DNA of 64,000 bases, taken from assembly GCA_039588295.1 (NCBI GenBank), contig JBDHAB010000010.1, forward strand, positions 32,001 through 96,000. Direction: 5' to 3'. A program made the position numbers and the translations under genes. This document shows, in pieces, positions 9,304 to 18,233 of the stretch; position 1 is the first letter of the stretch; each line of letters opens with the position of its first letter. The notes under the pieces are model-generated. The model was given only the letters and a program-made list of their open reading frames with translations, made no database searches and was not told the origin of the DNA. Source of the DNA: Gemmatimonadota bacterium (GTDB lineage: Bacteria > Gemmatimonadota > Gemmatimonadetes > Gemmatimonadales > GWC2-71-9).

Positions 9304-10986
9304 ATGCGTCGCTTGGCGTTGTTCAGCTTGGTCACTCTGGTAGGATCCGCCTGCACGGCGGACTACGACATCATCATCCGGAATGGGATGGTATACGACG
9401 GCACCGGAGCAGCACCTATCGTGGCCGATGTTGCGATCGCCGACGACACGATTGCTGCCATCGGCTCACTCGCTGGCGTGCGGGGTCGCCTCGAAGTCGA
9501 CGCGCAGGGAATGGCGGTCGCCCCCGGATTCATCAACATGTTGAGCTGGGCAACCGAGTCGCTGATCGAAGACAGCCGCTCGCAGGGCGACATCCGGCAA
9601 GGCGTCACCCTCGAGGTGATGGGAGAGGGGTGGTCGATGGGACCGCTGAACGACCGGATGAAAGAAGAGGCTGTCGAGGAACAAGGCGACATCACGTACG
9701 ACATTGAATGGACCACGCTCGGGGAATACCTCGAGTATCTGGAACAGCGTGGCATCGCAGCGAACGTGGGGTCCTTCGTCGGTGCGACGACGGTGCGGAT
9801 TCACGAGATCGGATACGAGGACCGTCCGCCGACCGCCGAGGAGCTCGACCGCATGCGTGGCCTCGTTCGCCAGGCCATGGAAGAAGGGGCGTTCGGGCTC
9901 GGCTCGTCGCTCATCTATGCTCCCGCCTTCTACGCGAAGACCGATGAGCTGATCGAGCTCGCCAAAGTCGCCGCACAATATAACGGCATGTACATCTCAC
10001 ACATGCGCAGCGAGGGAAATCAACTCCTCGAAGCGTTGGAGGAGTTGATCACGATCGCGCGGGACGCGGGCATCCGGGCGGAGGTCTACCACCTGAAAGC
10101 CGCGGGTCAGGCAAACTGGGAAAAGATGGATGCCGTCATTGAACGGGTAGAGCAGGCCAGAGCGGAAGGTCTCGAGATCGTGGCCGACATGTACACGTAC
10201 ACGGCGGGGGCTACCGGCCTTTCGGCAGCGTTTCCCCCCTGGGCTCACGAGGGGGGGCACGAGGCCTTGATCGAGCGGCTCAAGGACCCCGCCACCAGGG
10301 CGCGCATTGCGCACGAGATGGTGACGCCCTCTGACGAATGGGAGAACCTGTATCTGGCAGCCGGCTCGGCCGACCGCGTGCTCCTCGTGGGATTCAAGAA
10401 CCCCGATCTCAAATCGCTCACAGGCAAGAGCCTCGCGGAAGTGGCAGAAATGCGTGGGAAGCCGCCAGCGGAGGCCGCCATGGACCTGGTGGTCGAGGAC
10501 GACAGCCGCATCGGGACCGTCTACTTCATGATGTCCGAGGAGAACGTCAAGAAACAGATTGCACTGCCGTGGGTCAGCTTCGATTCCGACGCGGAGTCCA
10601 TGGCGCCAGAGGGAGTCTTCCTGCTCTCGAACCCACACCCACGAGCATACGGCAACTTTGCGCGGCTGCTCGGCAAATATGTCCGCGAAGAGCAGGTGGT
10701 CCCGCTCGAGGAAGCCATCCGCAAACTCACATCGCTGCCCGCACAGAACCTCCGCATCGAGCGGCGGGGAACCCTCGCGGTCGGCAACTACGCCGACGTG
10801 GTAGTGTTTGACCCGGCCACCATCATCGACCACGCCACGTTCGCGGAGCCTCACCAGTACGCGACCGGCATGATTCACGTGTTCGTCAATGGCGAGCAAG
10901 TGCTCCGGAACGGTGAGCATACCGGCGCGACGCCGGGACGCGTCGTGCGCGGTCCCGGCTGGACCGGAGGGACGGCTACGGAATAG
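9304..10986 (+). CDS. N-acyl-D-amino-acid deacylase (D-aminoacylase) family amidohydrolase, probable lipoprotein
   Basis: GSAC lipobox-like; NGMVYDGTG, APGFINMLSW, QGVTLEV, SHMRSE, YHLK, HPRAYGNFAR, ADVVVFD. Confidence 0.88.
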   Translation: MRRLALFSLVTLVGSACTADYDIIIRNGMVYDGTGAAPIVADVAIADDTIAAIGSLAGVRGRLEVDAQGMAVAPGFINMLSWATESLIEDSRSQGDIRQGVTLEVMGEGWSMGPLNDRMKEEAVEEQGDITYDIEWTTLGEYLEYLEQRGIAANVGSFVGATTVRIHEIGYEDRPPTAEELDRMRGLVRQAMEEGAFGLGSSLIYAPAFYAKTDELIELAKVAAQYNGMYISHMRSEGNQLLEALEELITIARDAGIRAEVYHLKAAGQANWEKMDAVIERVEQARAEGLEIVADMYTYTAGATGLSAAFPPWAHEGGHEALIERLKDPATRARIAHEMVTPSDEWENLYLAAGSADRVLLVGFKNPDLKSLTGKSLAEVAEMRGKPPAEAAMDLVVEDDSRIGTVYFMMSEENVKKQIALPWVSFDSDAESMAPEGVFLLSNPHPRAYGNFARLLGKYVREEQVVPLEEAIRKLTSLPAQNLRIERRGTLAVGNYADVVVFDPATIIDHATFAEPHQYATGMIHVFVNGEQVLRNGEHTGATPGRVVRGPGWTGGTATE

Positions 10987-11033
10987 GGTGAGAACCGCGC
11001 AGGCCGGATCCCGTCCGGCCCGCAGCGCAGTGA

Positions 11034-11411
11034 TTACCGTCGGCGGGTGATTGGGATCCTCCGATCGAGGTCCGGCTCGATCACCAGCTGGAGGATGTCA
11101 CCGCGGTCGACGTTCATCGATTCCGTGAAATAGGATCCCACTGAGATGAGCTGGATCTCGATTCTCAGTTCGGGGCCCGTCCAGCGAAATGTGAACGTTT
11201 CCTCGGCATTGCTCCGGACCGTTCCGAGCCGAATCCGCTGTGAGCCGATGAGGGCGTAGAGCGTGGCCTCGTAGAAGTTCTGGTTTGTGGCCTCGAGAGT
11301 GAGCTCGTTGGACGAGGCCGGTGCCAGCTCATCGTAATCGCCGCTCGCCGCTGAACTGCATGCGGCGATTCCTATGAGGAGCACAATAGCACGTGGCTTG
11401 CCTGCCATCAT
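11034..11411 (-). CDS. Hypothetical small lipoprotein
   Basis: IAAC lipobox followed by a beta-rich domain (RIRLGTV); GGAG RBS upstream. Confidence 0.6.
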   Translation of the reverse strand: MMAGKPRAIVLLIGIAACSSAASGDYDELAPASSNELTLEATNQNFYEATLYALIGSQRIRLGTVRSNAEETFTFRWTGPELRIEIQLISVGSYFTESMNVDRGDILQLVIEPDLDRRIPITRRR

Positions 11412-11528
11412 CGTTCTCCGCTCCCGTGGTGACTGCAGCGGACTCCCGGTCGCTCCGCTCCGACGCCCAAACGGTCTGCAACTTCGTACCCCGCGGGCGT
11501 CCGGGTGATCACGGCACCGCACACTACG

Positions 11529-12593
11529 CTACAGAAGCTCCTCCAGACCAAGTGCGCCTGCGTAGGCAAACAGCGCCGGCAGCCCTCCGGTGTGCACGAA
11601 GACCACCGTGCGGGAAGCCGGGATCGCGCCTCGTCGGATGTGGTCAATCAAGCCCGCCATGGCCTTGGACGTGTACACCGGATCGAGCAGCACCCCGTCA
11701 CACCGTCCCACAAGCCGCATGGCTTCCTTCGCGGCGTCGGTGACCACGCCGTACCCGGGGCCGACATAGTCCACGATACTGGTGATGTCCCCGGGGGTCA
11801 GACGCGTCGGGAGCCCGAGGATCTCCGCGCAGTCATTCCCGATCGAGGCAATCGATGTCGGAAACGTCCACCCGGGTGCAATGGGCTTCGGGAGCGCCGG
11901 CAGGCCGACGATGCGAACCGGGGATTCGACATGCTTGGCGGCGATCGCCAGCCCCGCCTGCGTTGCGTCAGAGGAGCTGACCCAGATTTCGTCGACTCCA
12001 AGGTTCAGAGTTTCGGCTTGCTCGATGAGCTCGACAAAGGTATGCACGTAGGCGCAGGCGTATCGTCCGAGTCCCGACTCGTCGCCGCAGCGGCCGACGT
12101 AGACCTTCTTGCCGGTTGCTTCCAGCTCGCTTCCCCGTTGGCGCACGCGTTCGCCGTGGACCACCCAATCGACGCCCTCGATGATCTCCACCGTCGCGCC
12201 GACCAAGAGATCGAGCAGTATCCCACCCTGGATCTCATCATCGCGCTCCCCGCGGACCTTCCGAAGGATCAAGTGGCATTCGAGACCCAGCTTCGCGCAT
12301 GCGGCCGCCAATTGTCGGCAGTAGTTCGACTGCACTGCCGCACCCGCCACCACCGTATTCACTCCTCGTTCGAGGGCGTTGGCCAACACGTACTCGAACA
12401 TGCGAGTCTTGTTGCCACCCGTCGCCAGGCCCGTGAGATCGTCGCGCTTCATCCATATCTCCGGGCCACCGAGCTCGCGCGTCAGCCCCGCACAGGACTC
12501 GAGCGGTGTCGGCAACGCGGCGAGGGAAACCCGTGGTAAGGATGCCAATGCGCTTGTCAGCTCAGCGAGCTTGTCGGGCCTGGCATTTCTCAT
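11529..12593 (-). CDS. D-cysteine desulfhydrase / ACC deaminase family PLP enzyme
   Basis: PTPLE, WMKRDDLTG, GGNKTR (PLP lysine), QSNYCR, GPGYG, LLDPVYTSKA, FVHTGG. Start is ATG 12593. Confidence 0.9.
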   Translation of the reverse strand: MRNARPDKLAELTSALASLPRVSLAALPTPLESCAGLTRELGGPEIWMKRDDLTGLATGGNKTRMFEYVLANALERGVNTVVAGAAVQSNYCRQLAAACAKLGLECHLILRKVRGERDDEIQGGILLDLLVGATVEIIEGVDWVVHGERVRQRGSELEATGKKVYVGRCGDESGLGRYACAYVHTFVELIEQAETLNLGVDEIWVSSSDATQAGLAIAAKHVESPVRIVGLPALPKPIAPGWTFPTSIASIGNDCAEILGLPTRLTPGDITSIVDYVGPGYGVVTDAAKEAMRLVGRCDGVLLDPVYTSKAMAGLIDHIRRGAIPASRTVVFVHTGGLPALFAYAGALGLEELL

Positions 12594-12661
12594 GACCGCT
12601 CCTGTCCGAGCGCGCTGCGAAGGGGGCTCGCCGCGGCGCGTCAGCTCCGTGGTGTGCGGGC

Positions 12662-13114
12662 CTACAGGGTCGTCCTCATTATCAGATAGGGCGCCGCTGA
12701 GAAGCCCACCCGTTCGTACGCGTGGATGGCACCGTGGTTGTTCTCGTGAACGTAGAGGCGAAGCTCGATGGCGCCGTGGCGGCGAGCCTCCGTGACAACC
12801 GCTTCCAACAGCCGCTTCATGAGACCGCGTCCGCGGAACGCCGGCTCGATGAACATGCTCTGGATCCACCAGTAGTGACCGGCGTTCCAATCACTCCATT
12901 CCCGGACTACCGAGGCACTGCCAACGACCGCACCGTCTTCCGTCTCCACGACCCAATAGGTCGAGAGGGACGGGTCCTCGAGCCCAGCCCTCACCGCATG
13001 TTGCACGACGGCGTGATCCTGAGTGCGACCCTCAGCTTCACGGGCCTCGGCCAGCGTGAACGCTACCAGTGATTCGAGGTCCCGCTGGTCTGCCTTTCTC
13101 GCGCGTACCGACAT
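12662..13114 (-). CDS. GNAT family N-acetyltransferase
   Basis: EWSDW, WWIQS, acetyl-CoA motif EPAFRGRGL, LRLYVHENNHGAIHAYERVGF. Confidence 0.88.
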   Translation of the reverse strand: MSVRARKADQRDLESLVAFTLAEAREAEGRTQDHAVVQHAVRAGLEDPSLSTYWVVETEDGAVVGSASVVREWSDWNAGHYWWIQSMFIEPAFRGRGLMKRLLEAVVTEARRHGAIELRLYVHENNHGAIHAYERVGFSAAPYLIMRTTL

Positions 13115-13179
13115 GCACGCCCCTCCTCCGCTCGAGACGGCGCGGCGGCACATGCCGTCACGGGAGCAGATGCCGCCGT

Positions 13180-14850
13180 CTACTGAATTCGTCTCGCGGT
13201 TTGATCCCGGCCACCCTGGTGCAGAATCAGGGCGGTCACCACTGCCTCCTCGTTCCGCACAAAGGTGATCTGCGCATCGACCACCTTGTAGAAGAACTTC
13301 GTCTCCGACTCCGCAAAGACCTGGTATCGTGCCTGGCCAGTAAGTTGTGCCATCAACTTCCCGTCCTCCGTGGACACCTCCAACACCACTCCCGGCGCCA
13401 GCTCGTACATGCCGACGTAGTCCTCGAGAAGCGTCGGGTCGACCGCGACCTCTACCCTTGGGGGAGGCGGCTGGTACTCGGCACCCACCTTGCGCAGGGT
13501 CCGGTCGGCACCACCCTGATGGAGGACCACGGCCGTCACCTCTCCGTCCTCGTTCTCTACGAAGGTGAGTTGCGCGTCGACAACGGTGAGGAAGAACTCT
13601 GTTTCGGAGGCGGCGTAGATCGGGAACCGCTGTTGCCCCTCTACGTGCACGGTCAGCTGGCCGTCCTGCAACGCAATGTCCGCGAGGACGCCGGGCTGGA
13701 ACTCGTACTTCCCCACATAGCGCTCGAGAATGGCCGGATCGACGTCTACCGGTACCTTGATCTCGCGGAGAGGACTACTGGGATCGAGTAGGTGAAATCC
13801 AATGTCATCGGGACTGGTGGACGTGTTCGACAGTACCACAACGCCAATCTGGCTATCGTCGACGAAACCCGCGAAACTCCGATAGCCACCCGTTCCCCCG
13901 TTGTGCCAGACAACCTCGCGCTCCCCCCTGCGCAAATGCCACCCGAGGCCGATACGCATGTTTGGTGAGCCTGCATCGTGACGAGCCTCGTGGGTTGTCC
14001 GCATCGCAGAGTGGAGCCGGCTCCGGCGCAGTCCCATGTTGGCAGCCAGGAACGCGAGCATGTCACGAGCGGTCGATCGTAGTGCGCCCGCCCCCGCAAG
14101 CGTTGGAATATCCCAGTTCGCCACTTCCGTGGTTCCACTGTGCCCGGGTGCGAGACGGCTGCGCATCGAGGATGTGAGCGCAATCCTGGTATCCGACATG
14201 CCGAGCTCGCTCGCGATGCGTTGCTGAATCAGCTCGTCATAGCTCGCGCCCGCTGCCAGCGTGAGGATATGGCCCAACAATCCGACGCCATAGTTGGAGT
14301 ATTCGTACTCCGCACCGACATCCCGGCGAAGCGTGTGGTTCGACAAGAATTCGTACAGTTGCTCCACCGAGTAGTCGGCGTACGGATTGCTCGGGTCGGC
14401 CGGCGCGAAGTTGTCGGGCATTCTGGGAAGACCCGATGTCTGGGTGGCGAGATGCTCCAAGGTGATGGACTGATCGTTGCGCATTGGAGCATGCACGGCA
14501 TCTGGAAGATATCGCTCGATGGGATCGTCGAAGGCCACCTCTTCCCGCTCGACCATGTCCGCCAGGAGGAGCGAAGTGAACACCTTCGTGATCGACCCGA
14601 TCTCGAACACCGTGTCTTCATCCGGTGTGCCGCCGTCAGGAAGTGCCGTCTTCCCATAGGCGAAATACCGAGTCCCCTTCGGACTCACGACCCCGACTAC
14701 GATGCTCATGTTGTGACCGTGATCCACCCGTGCGCGGATCGACGCTTTCACGTCCTCCGGAACGTCGGGAGCTTGCGCCTTGCATGGAGAGAACCCTACA
14801 AGAAGGCCCGTCGCGGCCACGATCGACGCGGATCGGAGATCGAGCTTCAT
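13180..14850 (-). CDS. Serine hydrolase (S12/AmpC-like) with two C-terminal DUF3471-like domains
   Basis: FEIGSITK, LATQTSGLPR, YSNYG, WHNGGTGGY; two repeats of VDPxxLExYVGxYExxPG...SETxFF...QITF...LHQGG. Confidence 0.88.
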   Translation of the reverse strand: MKLDLRSASIVAATGLLVGFSPCKAQAPDVPEDVKASIRARVDHGHNMSIVVGVVSPKGTRYFAYGKTALPDGGTPDEDTVFEIGSITKVFTSLLLADMVEREEVAFDDPIERYLPDAVHAPMRNDQSITLEHLATQTSGLPRMPDNFAPADPSNPYADYSVEQLYEFLSNHTLRRDVGAEYEYSNYGVGLLGHILTLAAGASYDELIQQRIASELGMSDTRIALTSSMRSRLAPGHSGTTEVANWDIPTLAGAGALRSTARDMLAFLAANMGLRRSRLHSAMRTTHEARHDAGSPNMRIGLGWHLRRGEREVVWHNGGTGGYRSFAGFVDDSQIGVVVLSNTSTSPDDIGFHLLDPSSPLREIKVPVDVDPAILERYVGKYEFQPGVLADIALQDGQLTVHVEGQQRFPIYAASETEFFLTVVDAQLTFVENEDGEVTAVVLHQGGADRTLRKVGAEYQPPPPRVEVAVDPTLLEDYVGMYELAPGVVLEVSTEDGKLMAQLTGQARYQVFAESETKFFYKVVDAQITFVRNEEAVVTALILHQGGRDQTARRIQ

Positions 14851-14943
14851 GTTCACCTCACAGTGTGCGAAGACCATCGTTCACGAAGTGTGCGGTCCAC
14901 CCGACATCGGCCGCACACCCGACACGGACGTGACGCTGGGAGT

Positions 14944-16539
14944 TCACTCCCGGTGGATTCGCAGGATGGGGTAGACCCGTGCCTCCTCGAGCGCGTCATC
15001 GAGCACGTTCCAGTTCACCACTCCGTCGTCGGAGCGGGGCTCCAACAACGAGAATACGAGCTTGGCAAGCGGCTGATCGAGCGGCACCTCCATCGTGCCA
15101 ACCGGTACGGTGACCTCCGTGGCCTCATACCGTCCGAACAGCGTCCGCTCACGGTGACCCTGGAACTCCCGCGTTGCCTGCGTCGTCGAGTCAACGACAA
15201 ACCGTTCCACCGTTCGTCGCTGTTCAGCGTCGAGCCGCCGCATGCCGATCCCGTGCGCCTCGAGGAGCGCCACGACAGTACGGAGCTCCGGCGGCACCAG
15301 ATACGACGTGGGGACGCGAACTACCTCGAGCGCCCGGAACGTCCCGAACGAGGGCATCCGCTCGGGGATCGCGACGTTGAGCCGCCGGTACATGGGACGG
15401 CCGGTATAAGGATTCGCCTCCTGTTCGACTTTCCCAAGGAGGATCTCGACCGAATCCGGTGAGCGCTCGAAGGTCGCTCGCAGTGCCAGATCCGTCCCGA
15501 TCAGGGATACCCGGTCGGCGGTTTTCGCGGCGTCGCGAATCGCCGTCGTGTGTTCGAACGCAAACTCGACCACCTCCTCCACGAATCGCAGCGTGGCGAG
15601 AATCCGCTCCTCAAAGGTGGCATAGGCGTAGGCCTCACTCAGGATCCCAAACCGGTTTCTGAGGCCGATGTAGTTCGTGTTGAACCGGGGCCGATGGTCA
15701 AACGTGTACCACCCGCGTTCCGCCGAGCCGCTGCGCCACGGGAGGTTGCCGTAGTAGTAGTAATCCCAACCGTCTGTTGCCTTCACCGCTCGAGTCACGG
15801 CCGGTAGCCATTCTCCACGCAGCAGTTGTGTGATTGCGGAGGGGGTGTTGGGATGGAGCGGCGGCGCGTAGAGCAGATGGTAGGCGCGGCGCGTGCCGTT
15901 GGTGGTATGAAGATCCATGAGCACGTGCGGATCCCATTGACTCATGAAGGAAACCAGCGACCGGGCCTCAGGTGATTCCAGTTTCATGTGATCGCGGTTG
16001 AGATCGAGCCCCTGGGCGTTCGCCCGCTGACCCATGCCACCGACCGGTCCGTGCTGGCCCGGGCGGTTCGTCAGCCGCACCCGCTCGTTGCCGTCGGCAT
16101 TGTAGATCGGCGCGATCAGGAGGATCAGTGAATCGAGCCACTCAGCGTGGCTGCCTTCGGCGAGCGCTCGGATGAGCATGAGCGCCGCTTCCTTGCCGGC
16201 CACCTCCCCCGCATGAATGTTGGCCTGGACGAACACCCGTAGCTTACCGGAGCGACGCACGGCTGCGGGCTCCGCGGGCTCGACGTCCCCCACGACCACG
16301 AGTGGCAGCGAGCGGCCTTCCAGCGAGTAGCCAAAGGATGTGAGCCGGATCCGCGGCGACCGTTCGGCAGCGTGTTGAATGAAGGCCATCACGTCCGCGT
16401 AGCGGCTGGTCTCCTCAAACCCGGTGCGTTCGGCCCGCGTGACCAGTGGACTGGAGGATGACGCCAGTTGCGCCTCGATCGAGCCCGCCCACAACGCCAT
16501 GGTGACCAACCCGATCCCCAGCGTCCGCAGTCCCGACAT
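14944..16539 (-). CDS. M14 family zinc metallocarboxypeptidase
   Basis: Signal peptide; IHAGE (HxxE), YNADG, DLNRD, DLHTTNG, ILSEAY. Confidence 0.88.
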   Translation of the reverse strand: MSGLRTLGIGLVTMALWAGSIEAQLASSSSPLVTRAERTGFEETSRYADVMAFIQHAAERSPRIRLTSFGYSLEGRSLPLVVVGDVEPAEPAAVRRSGKLRVFVQANIHAGEVAGKEAALMLIRALAEGSHAEWLDSLILLIAPIYNADGNERVRLTNRPGQHGPVGGMGQRANAQGLDLNRDHMKLESPEARSLVSFMSQWDPHVLMDLHTTNGTRRAYHLLYAPPLHPNTPSAITQLLRGEWLPAVTRAVKATDGWDYYYYGNLPWRSGSAERGWYTFDHRPRFNTNYIGLRNRFGILSEAYAYATFEERILATLRFVEEVVEFAFEHTTAIRDAAKTADRVSLIGTDLALRATFERSPDSVEILLGKVEQEANPYTGRPMYRRLNVAIPERMPSFGTFRALEVVRVPTSYLVPPELRTVVALLEAHGIGMRRLDAEQRRTVERFVVDSTTQATREFQGHRERTLFGRYEATEVTVPVGTMEVPLDQPLAKLVFSLLEPRSDDGVVNWNVLDDALEEARVYPILRIHRE

Positions 16540-16707
16540 GTGCTCCCCAGCGAAGAAGTCGAACGAATTTAGTCGGACAGCCCTCGATTGTCGCCCGCGG
16601 TACGTGAATCCTCGACGTGGCCGCCCCACCAAAGGAGGAGGCCACCCCTCTGCATCGGAGTGGCCACTCAGCGTCGCGCGACGCCACCTCGGTGCATCAG
16701 CGGCCCG

Positions 16708-17178
16708 CTAACGCGGGGCCAGCGCAAAGCCGAGTAGCGTGGGTTCGACCAGGCGCACGAAGTCGGCGAACGGCAGTTTGATCAGTTCCGTGTGGGTGCA
16801 CGCATTGAACGCGATCTCGTCATCCTCGGCAAGACGTTCCTCGACATACACGGGCATGCCGTAGAGATTGCCGAACGGCGGCATTGCGCCAACCTCACAT
16901 TCCGGGAATTGGTCGCGGAAATCTGCTTCGGCGGCGAGCTCGACCTTGGCACCGCCGATGCCCTGCCCCAGGCGGCGGAAATCGACCTGCATCGGCGCAG
17001 GCAGCACCGCCATCGCCAACTTGCCATCAACCTTGATCACCACAGTCTTCGCCAACTCCTTCCCAGGCACGTGCGCTGAGGCGGCGGTCTTCTGCGACGT
17101 ATAGGTCGGCGAATGCGCTATGGTCTCGTAGCGAACTTTGTGCTCCTCGAGAAACTCCTTGAGCTTGCTCACCGGCAT
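16708..17178 (-). CDS. YbaK/EbsC family aminoacyl-tRNA deacylase-like protein
   Basis: LAKTVV, CEVGAMPPFGNLY, IAFNACTH. Confidence 0.88.
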   Translation of the reverse strand: MPVSKLKEFLEEHKVRYETIAHSPTYTSQKTAASAHVPGKELAKTVVIKVDGKLAMAVLPAPMQVDFRRLGQGIGGAKVELAAEADFRDQFPECEVGAMPPFGNLYGMPVYVEERLAEDDEIAFNACTHTELIKLPFADFVRLVEPTLLGFALAPR

Positions 17179-17283
17179 GGCGTCACCCCCTGGACCGTTA
17201 CCTTCCTCTAATCCTGACGTTCGTGCACCCGCTCTCGCAAGACGCAAGACCTTCATCCCGGTTTCACAGTCGTTTAAGGTCTG

Positions 17284-17299
17284 CGGCACCATCTTTGCA
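17284..17299 (+). promoter_or_regulatory. Candidate sigma54 (-24/-12) promoter
   Basis: CGGCAC-CATCT-TTGCA matches YGGCAC-N5-TTGCW with exact spacing. Confidence 0.55.
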
Positions 17300-17309
17300 T
17301 CGCTGGTGG

Positions 17310-17594
17310 GATCGGTCGCGCATCCCACCCACCCCAAGGTGGCGCGCTGGGGTGCCTTGCGAGAGGAACACTTTGCGACATGCTCCGACTCGCGGCGCTC
17401 ATGTCGGTGAACCGTGCGGTCGCGGCCGAGTCCGCATGGGAATGGAAGCCGGAGCTTCCCATCGCCCTACCCAGCGACCAGAGCGAGCACGCGGCGGCGA
17501 GGGAAAGAAGAACGGCGGGAGCAATCCTCCGTCCCCGGCATAACCGGTATGCGGGGCGTCCAGAAATCCAGCACGGACGCCCCGATTTCTTTTT
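17310..17594 (+). ncRNA. Candidate sigma54-dependent structured small RNA
   Basis: Lies between the sigma54 motif and an intrinsic terminator; contains a series of hairpins and no convincing ORF. Confidence 0.35.
17552..17594 (+). terminator. Rho-independent terminator
   Basis: Perfect 10-bp stem CGGGGCGTCC/GGACGCCCCG followed by ATTTCTTTTT. Confidence 0.7.
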
Positions 17595-17738
17595 GCACAC
17601 AATGGAGGGTTCCCACCCCAGGCCGGTCCCGCCCACACCCCTCATCCAACGCAGGTTCACGGAGTGACCCTGAGTGACACCCTAAGGTATGGTCAGGAAA
17701 CAGACCGAGTGCCGACCGGCCGCCACGAGGAATCATCC

Positions 17739-18233
17739 ATGGGCACCAACGCTGACCGCCATCTCCTTCTCTGCAAGGCGATCGGTTTCGTCCTCATTGC
17801 GGCGACCTTAGCGGGATGCACCGACCAGCCTCTCGACTCGGGCGACGGCGACTTCCACCCGATCCCGACCATCCTGGTCCAGTCGCTGCACACCGACCCG
17901 TGGCCCAACGCCCCCTATCACGTGAGCGACGCGCAGGTGGTGGGCAACACGCTATTGCTCGACGTGACCTACGGTGGGGGATGCAGGGAGCACGTGTTCC
18001 AGTTCGTGGTCTCCACCACGTTCTTGGAGTCCAACCCGGTGCAGGCACCTTCCCTGCTGGCCCACGACGACAACGACGACGCGTGCGACGCGTTGCTGCG
18101 GGGTCGGTTCAGGACGAATCTCTCGGCGCTACGGGTAACCTGGCAGCAGGCGTACCAGGCGCAGTCCGGCGCCATCCTGCTCGGGTGGAGGACGCCGGAT
18201 AGCACGTTGCACTTCATTCGCTACGAATTCTGA
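17739..18233 (+). CDS. Hypothetical lipoprotein (NigD C-terminal-like motif pattern)
   Basis: LAGC lipobox; VTYGGGCREH...FLESNPVQ...LAHDDNDDACDAL with paired cysteines; GAGG RBS. Confidence 0.65.
   Translation: MGTNADRHLLLCKAIGFVLIAATLAGCTDQPLDSGDGDFHPIPTILVQSLHTDPWPNAPYHVSDAQVVGNTLLLDVTYGGGCREHVFQFVVSTTFLESNPVQAPSLLAHDDNDDACDALLRGRFRTNLSALRVTWQQAYQAQSGAILLGWRTPDSTLHFIRYEF

Noticed and set aside
3338..14850. Calling the three serine hydrolases an antibiotic-resistance island
   Set aside because: There are no mobile-element signs, the class A-like protein lacks Glu166, and S12 proteins are commonly peptidases or esterases.
17380..17667. 95-aa plus-strand ORF (and the overlapping minus-strand ORF 17274..17660)
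   Set aside because: No recognisable motifs; the plus-strand ORF runs through a strong terminator.
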